DNA of 56,038 nt, counting the filler, from Sphacelaria rigidula (Eukaryota), in assembly GCA_964200075.2 (NCBI GenBank). It is 7 parts of 7 records of this genome, joined end to end, with 100 filler letters (N's around TTAATTAATTAA, not from the genome) between each part and the next. Parts side by side here need not be neighbours in the genome. Positions count along the whole stretch, not along the records: positions 40,102 to 48,020 come from CAXNAA020012973.1; positions 48,121 to 56,038 come from CAXNAA020012974.1; 5 more parts are not named here. One strand, given 5' to 3'. This document shows, in pieces, positions 46,186 through 56,038 of this stretch. Below the pieces are notes generated by a model. It was not told the DNA's origin. It ran no database searches and worked only from the letters and a program-made list of their open reading frames with translations. Position 1 is the first letter of the stretch. Each line of letters begins with the position of its first letter. A program made the translations under genes and the position numbers.

Positions 46186-47168
46186 ATCATCCTGGTGCTG
46201 CTTCCGTATTCCCAGAACGTCACTGTGGCTGTCATCGCTGACTTCCATTCGCTCGGCCTCGGCGAGAGTGGCCGTCTCATCTTCCAACAACGTTCACTTC
46301 GCCATTCCTCGAAATGAGCTCTTTTTTGTACTACCAAGTTTCGTGTCGGTATACGTCTTGTACTTGATTAAACTGTGCTGTATTCACCTCGTCACGTCCG
46401 AAGTGGAGCGTGACCCCCCGGCAGAGGCTGACGTGTTGGATGTGATGGCGGAGTGAACGTTGGTAAAAATCACACGGCCACTCGGCTTCGGCGAGAGTGG
46501 CCGTGTGATTTTTACCAACGTTCACTCCGCCATCACATCCAACACGTCAGCCTTCTTCGTATTCCCAGAACGTCACTGTGGCTGTCACCGCTGACTTCAA
46601 CTCGCTCAACCTTGGCGAGAGTGGCCGTCTGATTTTCAACAATGTCCACTGCGCCATCCCTCGAAATGAAATTTTTCTTGCAATCCTAGGTTTCGTGTCG
46701 GTGTACATCTTGTATTTGATTAAACTGTGCCGCATCCACCTCGTCACGCCCGAAGTAGAGCGTGACTCCCCCGAAGAAGGCTGACATGTCAGATGGGATG
46801 GCGAAGTGAACGTTATTGAAAATCAGATGACCACTCTCGCCGAGGCCGAGCGAGTTGAAGGCAGTGGTGTCATACACAGTGACGTTCTGGGAATATGGAA
46901 GCAACAGCAGGGTCATGCTTCCGTATTCCCAGAACGTCACTGTGAATGACACGGCTGTCTTCAACTCGCTCAGCCTCGGCGAGAGTGGTCGTCTGATCTT
47001 CAACAACGTTCACATCGCCACGTCCATCCAACATAACAGTCTTCTTCGGGGGGGGGGGGGGGGGCACGGTCCACCTCGGGCGTAGCGAGGTGGATGCAGC
47101 AGAGTTTACTCAAGTACAAGACTAATATCGACACAAAACCTAGTAGTGCAATAAAGAGCTCATTTCGA
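46186..47168. repeat. Array of foldback units (P arm about 110 bp, Q core about 140 bp) in mixed orientation
   Basis: gtattcccagaacgtcactgtg occurs at about 46207, 46559 and 46923 (+) and about 46875-46900 (-); core Q is reversed in the third unit. Confidence 0.9.
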
Positions 47169-48020
47169 CGCACTATGAGTATAAATACCTGTACTCAGGT
47201 AATCTGGATATCTATCTGCTGTAACTTCGTCATTTCAGCATGTTCGTGCACATACTCGTTCTTCCGATTCTTGAGCGTTCACGTCATTCTAGTAAACTCG
47301 ATTTCGGTTAAAATTGGTCGAGAGAATTCACCTTTTGCTTGCGGGAGGGAACAACAAGCGAAGTGCTGCAAAATACACAGGGCTTCTGGACGACACAGTG
47401 TACGGTCCTGTGCACCTGGAAAACAGTAGCAGCGTTTTATGCCGTGCGATAGTTCATGGTCTATTCACTTGAATGAAAGCGTTAGGCTCATTATTCGAGC
47501 TGATCTCACCAGGAGGGTGAAGAAACCGATACCAGCAGCACTCATGTTGACCTCTTTGGGGAGCACTCATACAACGAAGGAATATGGGTGATTCATGTCT
47601 TGATCTGCAACACGGTGGCCGCGAGCCAGCTTCGAATCGCCGGTAATTGATTGAATCATGTGCGGCGATGTCGTCGTGTCTTCTTGTGAGCGGGATTACA
47701 CTATTTCGAATGGACTACTTTTTACTCCGTCTCTTCTGTGAGTGTCAAACGATTATCTCGAAATGCCACTCACACACTCGTGTACACTGGAGGTGAAAAA
47801 TCGTGGCTGCGCTACCTGTTTGTTTTTGCTGTTCGGTTCCTCATTCGAGGGATGAGCTGATCCTTTGAGACCATGGGCTCATCTCGAGGAGGGGGGGAGG
47901 GTTGGAAGCGTACAAATGTTTATATCCAAAGTTGCGAAGTATCTTAACCCTTTTGGGACTGAAGCTCACGAACACCACGTTCACAACGTGTTAGTAAAAC
48001 AATAATAAACAAGTCTGGGA

Positions 48021-48120
48021 NNNNNNNNNNNNNNNNNNNNNNNNNNNNNNNNNNNNNNNNNNNNTTAATTAATTAANNNNNNNNNNNNNNNNNNNNNNNN
48101 NNNNNNNNNNNNNNNNNNNN
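48021..48120. other. Artificial contig linker
   Basis: Same spacer. Confidence 0.97.
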
Positions 48121-48132
48121 TAGAAAGAAGGC

Positions 48133-48396
48133 GGGGAGTGATGCTGCGATAGGGTCAGCACTTTTACGGCCTGAGATTGGAATTGTTAGGAACCCTTTAT
48201 CTCATCCAAAGCACGACTTTCGAAATAGGTGAGGGTACGCCAGGGTTTTTCTTTCAATTCGCTAGGGATATCCCGAATGAATTTGCAAACGGGGATATCC
48301 TCGCCCATTTTCTTGTGTAGTTCCTAACTTTAGGAACCCCTGAATCAGACCGGTTTTGGCCACAAAAATGCTGACCCTATCGCAGCATCACTCCGG
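48133..48396. mobile_element. MITE family M, copy 2
   Basis: 26-bp perfect TIR ggagtgatgctgcgatagggtcagca (48135-48160 / 48369-48394). Confidence 0.85.
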
Positions 48397-48829
48397 GTAC
48401 GATTCCTCCCAGTTTTTTTTCTTTTTCCAGCGTAAAGATCCTTCGTTGAAAGCGTGGGGACGTGAGTGTAGCAAAAAATATTATGTTGAACGAGAGGCAG
48501 ACGCGGTGCGGAGGTGTCAGTCACGATCCAATCCGCGATACCAAAATGTAAGGCGTACCGGGGGGAGAGATGAATAATCCGTGATATTGAAGTTAAACAT
48601 CAATATGAGGTCCGACTCCGAAGCAGTGCTTCCCCTGACCCAAGATATGGTTAATTACTTTTACATGGGCGACCTCGCGCCCCCCGACCTCCCCGAAACT
48701 ATTTCTGGGGGGTTTTCGTCTCCCGTTCCTCCCAAAGGGTATGATGTGCGAAAACACCCCTTTCGGGCTGAAAAATGTCCTTTTTTTCACCCGAAAATCG
48801 AGGCAAAAAGGTGTTTTTGTACATAGTCC

Positions 48830-49095
48830 TCGAGTGTGACGCTCCTGTAGGGATGCATGAATATTTTCTGAGCTTATACTTGTTAGGAGCCCTTTTTCTG
48901 AACCAAAACACTGCTTAGGAAATATGTGAGAGTACGCCAAAATTATGATTACAGTGTGCGAGGGACATCCCGAATGAAATCGCAAACGGGGATATGCCCT
49001 GGCCCATATTCTTGTGCATCTAGAATCGTCAGGAGCCCCTAAACCAGACAAGATTTTGCGCAAAAAGTTCACCCCTGCCGTAGCATTGCTCCGCG
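48830..49095. mobile_element. MITE family M, copy 3
   Basis: Body ttgttaggagccct..atcccgaatgaa..gcaaacggggatat..atcgtcagga matches the other two copies; TIRs eroded. Confidence 0.7.
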
Positions 49096-50159
49096 GGGGA
49101 ACGGAAAATGGGAAACCCCCAGCAACAATCTCCTGTTGTTGATTGATCCCTTGAGGCCACGGACTCGTCCCGAGGACGGGGGGGACATAAATCCGAGTAA
49201 TACGGCTGCCAGACGCGGTCAGAGTTCGACAATCAAATTGGTTAACGCATAAAAAGTAGCAGTACGTTCGTCCTAGACTTCGAGCACGGGTGCAAATTGT
49301 TTTGGAGATACTCTTTGGTGAAAGTTGGCCGCGAGCTAGAATAAAGAGCGAGGGGATTGCTACAGGGTTTTAACCTCAGAAGGTGTTCCGAGGGGGGTGT
49401 AGCAAAGTGTCCGCCTGAGATAATGTGTTGCCCGGTCTAAGACACACTACTATCAACAGTTTCCAGCTGAAACAGGGGATTTTTGTAATTTTTTCGTAGT
49501 CGGAGATATTCGAAAGTGTTTTCGCGTGCCACCGCTCATCCCGGTGAACGTTTGATCCCATAGTTTGGGGATCGGGAGATACTAGGCATCCGCTTCACAT
49601 TCCGTAACAGAAATATCTACACTAAGTATTGAAGGACGTACGGGCTAGCCGGTTTTCGGGGGTCCTGTGGCTACCCAGCCCCAGGTTCTGATACCTGGGT
49701 GGTAGTTTTGCTCATTTGAAGCAATCCGCATCGTTCCCGTGAACCAATGTAAAGTAAAGTTTTGTCGAATGTTCATCTATTCATTGCGCTAGAGCCTGAA
49801 AACTGTGCTTTTTGAACCAGCGACGGTCGAGAACACCCCCTGATAAACGAGGTACTCACTTCGTATCACCCCGAGAACACCAATTGAGGATCGTGCCCCG
49901 TACACCACCTGCTTTTTTTCCCGAAGTATCTACAGTATCGACGGTAGAACTTTCAAGTTCTAAGTAAGGGAGAATACTACAGAAGAAAAAATCAGTATAG
50001 TACCCAACTACGAAAATTGCCCAAGTGAGCTCTGCATAGCACACGGGGGGGAAAGAGGGGGGGGAGGATACTCATTTGTTGCTTGCCTGAGTCGTTTGAC
50101 CACTGACTACGTATCCCTTTCGAGACGGAGCACCGTTCCTACTCCTAATAGAGACCCCC

Positions 50160-51998
50160 CCAACATTCCGACGCTCTTTACGTTTCTTCCATACATTGCA
50201 CTAGAATATTTTACATATCTTATCCCCATCCTGTTTCGCCGTCTGTGGCCACCATCTATCTCCTAGTATAATCATCATCTTCTCGCTACTGCCTAATGCA
50301 TTGAACGATTTCATGCCACCTTCGTTCACGTCCCGCATTTCCCCCTCTAGCACGTCCCGTCACTCATTGTATATTTCATATTCCGCCACTATATGACTTC
50401 TGATCTCTATTGCTTTGCCACAGAGGCAGTTCTGGCCATCTACTTCCTCCTCTGCTCGACTACTACTGGTGTATCTCTTTCTTCTTTCTGGCAGGTCCAG
50501 GTTCCCCACCCGAAATTGCAGTTTCGTTTTTTTCGCCGCGTCCAGGAGCCATGCAAATATGTTTTCATTCCGATCCCCTCTCTCAACCCCCTGTATGTCT
50601 TCAGGTGTTGTTTTCCTCGTCTACCTTGCGTCTGAGCGCTCTTTTCCCCCTTATTTCTATCATGTCTCTTACTTTTGTCTTGTGCCCCGCTCCTTCACCG
50701 ATGGATATTGTTTCGCCTTGGTTTCCTCCTATCTCCTTTCATACTTCCTCGACTTCTTTATCCCACCTTACTCCAGCCTGCCCTTTCGTACTTTTCTTCC
50801 ATACACCCTTATCGACTATAGCTGGCAATCTCTTTCTCTGCATATTATTTACACTATATTGCCATCGCCATTTCCTCATGTCTCTGTTTGTTTCAAGTGA
50901 GTACATTCCCAACTCTGCTCTCAGTGCTTTATTACTCGTCGTTTTCGAGCATCCAAGTATTTTCTTAGCTGCTGCCATCTGTACTGTTTTCAACCTTTTC
51001 ACCAATGTCACGTTCCCCTCCCATATTTTCCCTGCATATTCCAGCTTTGGTACGATCATGTTCATCAGGATACATATCTTCATTCTAGTGTCTAGGTGCG
51101 AGTCTCTGAGGATCACGTCCATCCTGCCCATCTGTGCCTTACCCTTTTCTATTACTTCGTTTACGTGTGCATCCCAAGAACAGTTTTTTTTCAAATATCT
51201 CCACGCGAAGGTATGTATACTGGTCTACGATCGGCATTTCCTCTTCTCCGCACTTCCTCTCGAACTCTACCGTTTTTTTCTTATCTTTGTTACAGGCCAG
51301 TACCGCACATTTGTTAATATTCGCTGTCACTCTCCATTTCCCAGTGTATTTTTGCTCCTTTTCTAATGTTTTTGCAATCCTTTTGCTCTTGCTGGAATCC
51401 CCACAAAATCATCTGCGAACATCAAACCTGAAATCACATCTTTACCCACCTTGACCCCTTGCTTTGCTTCTTCTATTACTACTTTAGTATCAAGTCATTG
51501 ATGAATACCTTGAACAAAGTGGGTGATGGCGTACACCCTCCTTGTGCAACGCCTTGTAAAGTATCAAAATATTTCGATATTTCACCGTCTAGCATCATGG
51601 CCCTTGTGGCACATTCTGTCATCTTCTCTACCATTCTCCATATCTCTCTCTGCTCCCAGCTTCCCGCAACTTTTTCTACAGCCCATTTCTCCATACTGTG
51701 TCATAAGCCTTTTGCACGTCCAGAAAAGAACATTACGTTGTCAACCCGGCGTCTTTCCTTCCTTGAATAATCTTACCTAGTGTGTACACATGATCTAAGC
51801 AAGCACGGTTTGGTCTGAAACCTGCTTGTTCCTCGCTGATTTTTTCGTCCCTTTCTAGCATCGTTCCTACTCTATCGTTCAGAATCTAACATAATGTTTT
51901 CCCTACCGGGCTCAGTAGCGTTATCCCTCTATAGTTCCCTGGGTCAGTCTTGTCTCCTTTTTTGAAAATGATTGACTACCACTCCTTCTCTCCACCTG
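50160..51998 (-). mobile_element. 5'-truncated, decayed LINE ORF2: reverse transcriptase plus C-terminal Cys/His domain
   Basis: KKGDKTDPGNYRGITLLS, EEQAGFRPNR, FLDVQKAYDTVWR, QGVAQG..SPTLFKVFINDL, LMFADDFV, YTYL, PKLEYA, CLCG..E..SH; multiple stops and frameshifts. Confidence 0.95.
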
Positions 51999-52307
51999 AT
52001 ACTTTCTACGATAGCCCCCCCCCCAAAGTGGCTGGTTTGGGGATATAAAATCTTACGTACGTGTAAATCAAAATGACCTCACTCGCTGTGTTGTTGACGA
52101 GCTGCTCTCATCCTTCTACATTTTTCTTTCCTGCCTGATTTTTTCCTATTTCGGTATCAACTGCACCTACGTGTTCCAACAGCTCGGAAAACGGGGGGTG
52201 AACCAATCCTGATCGCTCTCGTTAATAATTTTACAGATCCCCATTATTTTTCTGGGCGATGGCTAAAAAAACTCTACTTACACATATCTTATAGTTTTTG
52301 GCCTAAG

Positions 52308-53373
52308 AAAGGTGCGAAAAATGACCAGAAACCCGTGATCAGGAAAACACGCAATCTAGACCGATTTCCCTCCGAATTTTCACGCACTGCAATCGGGAGG
52401 CTCCTCGGCACCCGAGCCTCGACAAAAAACAGAAGAAAACATGTTACTCGCGAGATACGACCATACGTAGAAGGACGTCGCGCCTCCAGAAACCACTTCC
52501 TTTTTCAAGGTTAAATTTCAGCCAGATACACCTAATTTAGGATCTCTTTTTCAATCGTACCTAGTCGGGGCCACCAGTCAGCCCGAGAAGTACCTGTCCT
52601 GGGCCATCGCTTCCCACACTATTATACCTGACGCGGCACACTGCGCGCAAGGGGATTCACGCGCTAACTCCAACCATGGCGCCCACATATTCGGCCATTT
52701 TCCCGCCCATTTCCCGTCCATGAACGAATGCCACACCGACCACACCCCTTTCTCCCCGGAAATGGTTCCCGAGACTCTCCGCATCGACACAAGAACTGGA
52801 CTCGCAACTCACAACGCGTCGATCTTTTGCGCTTGTGGAATGTTATGTTTGATCGTGCCGTTGCGATCTGGGGCTGGTGTCATGTTTTCCTCATGTTTCG
52901 TATGAATGGTTGTGGCGTCAGGGTTTGTAACATGTAACATGTGGTCGTTGTGCCGTTCGTGGAAGGCAAATGGGCGGGGTAAGAGCCGAATGTGTGGGCG
53001 TCATGATTGGAGTTGGCGCGTAAATTCCCTTGCGCGCAGTGTGCCCGTCAGGTACAGTGTAGGAAGCGATGGCCCAGGACAGGTACTTACTGGGCCAACT
53101 GGTGGCCCCGACTAGGTACGATTGAAAAAGAGATCCTAGATCAGGTACACCTGGCCGAAATTTGGCCTAGAGAGGGCAAGTGGTTTCTGACGGCGCGACG
53201 TCCTTCTGCGTATGGCCGTATCTCGCGAGTAAAATGTTTTTTTCTGTTTTCTTTTCGATGCCCGGGTGCCGAGGAGCCCCCCGATTATTGCTGTGTGTGA
53301 AAAATTCGGAGGGAAATCGGCCTAGATTGTGTGTTTTCCTGTTCACGGGTTTCTGGTCATTCTTCGTACCTTT
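52308..53373. mobile_element. Foldback element with ~435-bp inverted arms around a 195-bp spacer
   Basis: 52308-52744 is the reverse complement of 52940-53373, including the exact block taggatctctttttcaatcgtacctagtcggggccaccagt. Confidence 0.9.
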
Positions 53374-56038
53374 TATGGACAAAATACGAAAGGGTATATA
53401 CCTTTTCTAGGCCATTGCTTTTTTGTTCACCTTCTCATTGCGCTATAGAGCCGAAACGAAATGTGTATTTGGGCCAAAAATGCTCGTCAATAACCCCTGC
53501 CAACTCAACCGGGAAGTCGGCCAGTATTGAGCGCGGAGATGATTTTCATGTCGAAGTGTGCAGCGGTTGCCTCGTATATTCCCTGATCTCCGAACTTCGA
53601 GATCAAACGTTCACTGAAATGAGCGGTGGCACACGCGCAACAACTCTCACAAATATTCGCCGGCTACGAACAAATTACAAATCCCCTGCCTAGAGCTATT
53701 ATCCCAGCTGACAACTAATAATATACTGTTGTAATACTGTACGCTATATATTTACACGCATGTATACAACCCTCGATTAAGTTGTTGGCGAGAATAATAC
53801 ATACAACATGGTACACGGTACACACTCTGGATCACGACCTCTTACAATAGCTATATTTCTTGCCCGATAAAAAATCAGCAAGCACACACAGCAGATATCA
53901 CATAGTGCCTAAAAGTCATGTCATAACGGTGCCAATAGTACTTTGAATGTAAGTATTGGATCGAGGAGAAACGACAAAAGCTACATATTAGATGTTGTCA
54001 TAGTCCACCGAATTTGATCCACCGATTCCGGTCCACGATCCAACCGCGGGTCTGAATATGAGGGTCGAGGTGAGGGTTCAAACAAAAAACGTCCCCAATA
54101 ATTTGCGTTGAATACAAAACACAAATACTGTAGTTTTTGTCGCGGTCGGTGATTCTTGGGAAATGATATCCTATGCTATACTCTGTGTGCACTAGCTCGG
54201 CTGGAAGAATATCTGGATCAGGCCAAGATCAGGCGCGCACAACACGGTGTGATCACTAAACGCGAGACACCTGTCATTATCCAATAAAAAATAAAAAGCT
54301 CGGACAGGAAGTCACGACCACACACACAGAACCAGCTGGATAGTGGTGGCAGCATTGGCACGCAGCCCATAGATACGTGACATCTTACCACGCTCTCCTT
54401 TGCACATAGGACGCAGGCGGGTGACTGACTGCCAGCTACAAAATTGCAAGCCACTGAGACAACACCGTGATAGCGGTGATTGGCAGCTGGGGCTATCGCC
54501 TGAGCCCAACAGCAGGAACTGCGAACAGGTTACCGCACGGTGTCGTAAGCTCGCAACAGGCTAAGGGCTCATGTCGAATGATCAACAGATGGCGCAGCAG
54601 ATAGCACAGGTACGGGACAGTAAAATGGTGTCCCTTACTACCGCTAGTGGACGCTTTTGTGGCGACGAGCGATGGTCCTGCCACACTCGACAGTTTCGGC
54701 ACTGCGGGCAGTTTGAGGGAAAATGATCTTTGTTGCACAGGACTGTACTGTTTTTGAATATAATTTGTACTGTAAAGGAGGCTGCTATTTCCAGCGGTCG
54801 GTGGTATATGAGGCTGTCGGAGGCTCATATGCCCTGGGTGTAAATGACGGTTTACACGCGCTCCTATCTACACGTACATACATATGTACTGAGTTGTACT
54901 CGCAAGCCCACTGATACTGACGCGGTAGATTCACTGCTGTTGCTGGTGCATCTGCCATATGTAAACTTTTGATGGTCGGCTGGTGGGCACCGTTTTCCCT
55001 CCCAACCGCCGTCTTGCGCTCACGTCGGCCTTTTCCCGTACGTCTCTGCGGTGTTTCGTGCGTCCATCCTGCAGCTGGGAGCCAACCCGGTAATGCTTGA
55101 GCAGCTACTGATGCAAGTCTTTGTTCCCGACACCACTCAGGTCAGTGGAGAGAGTGTGTGTCAACTGCTTTGTTACTGTTTTTAACGTGCCCACGCTACC
55201 AGGTCGTTCCCACGGCGGCAAGGGTTTAACAATGTGCACAACTTGTATATTTCTGGGTCACCTCTTGTACAGAAGTGGTACCGGTACAGTTGAGAGAGCG
55301 CCACTGCAGAGGCGTTGGAATTGGGGCTCGAGCGAACACTTTTGGCACTAGGTACCCACGCGTACACGTCTGGTGGGCGGTGTGGGGTCATTCCGTCGAA
55401 GGAAGCAGTCCAGATGCCCATTCTGACTTCCGGCAACTCTGCGGCACCATGGCAGTTGCAAATCTCGGCTTGGTTCGATCAAAGAATCATTTCTCACTCG
55501 ACCGTGCCGATGGACTGACAGCCGGGTTCGCTACGACTGTTGTAATATACCCAGCGCAGGTGTGGTCGTTCAATGGACAGCACAGGGAAGTACAGAGAAA
55601 AGTACGGGAGTGAAACTCACACGTTGCCCATCTATTGGCGACTTGGTTTACGGACTAGGCACGTTGTGTTGTCAAGCCACCGATAGCCCTGGGTGAAGAT
55701 GATCAATCATGACGCCGTTTGTGACGTTGGAAGTGTGTGAAGGTCACGGTCGTAAAATAGTGCAGGGCAGGCAGCTCCACCCTCGGTAAATTGCTGATGT
55801 ATCTGAGACACGTCAGCTACAGCTGGAGGGAGCGTGACTTCATCGTTTGAAACCACTGATCCATGGCTCGGCCATAGGCGGAAGAACTCGACTCTAGATA
55901 CCCTGGTCGCCAAGCCTCATTTCGGTACAATTTCCGGACAAAAGATTCCCCAAGACAAGTTAGGGGGTGGCGGGGGGAGGGGGGGGGGGGGGGGCGTACC
56001 CTTTTTTTGCTTTCTTTTGTTGTTGGCCCTTTTACCCC

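Noticed and set aside
50410..51366. 318-aa membrane-protein-like ORF
   Set aside because: It is antisense to the LINE RT, which accounts for the sequence.
54200..55920. Degenerate minus-strand coding-like sequence with splice-like sites
   Set aside because: Frames are interrupted by stops and I recognise no motif, so no call can be supported.

Overview
This is eukaryotic, repeat-dominated DNA. My inference is a brown alga or related stramenopile, from short GT-AG exons in long TE-filled introns, a (CCCTAA)n tract and the repeat style. The window is not one locus. It is seven contigs of 7921, 7921, 7920, 7920, 7919, 7919 and 7918 bp, sorted by size and joined by an artificial 100-bp linker (N44-TTAATTAATTAA-N44), so adjacency across linkers means nothing. 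Host coding sequence is sparse: two in-phase exons of a sphingosine-1-phosphate lyase-like gene (25542-25664 and 30805-30897, 5.1-kb intron), one protein-kinase exon with both catalytic motifs altered (HAN, DFS), and a possible three-exon 3' end of an unknown gene (8460-10121). The rest is mostly mobile DNA: a decayed LINE reverse transcriptase, two tRNA-derived SINE families (one nested in the other with a target-site duplication), several MITE/foldback families, an LTR-like remnant and a possible SWIM-plus-KDZ transposase relic. The two most unusual structures are (i) a ~151-bp tandem array whose units parse as a GT..AG intron plus a constant 60-nt open exon and (ii) a foldback array at 46.2-47.2 kb containing a perfect 59-bp hairpin. 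No CRISPR, rRNA or convincing functional tRNA was found. All alignments were made by eye and repeat boundaries are approximate.
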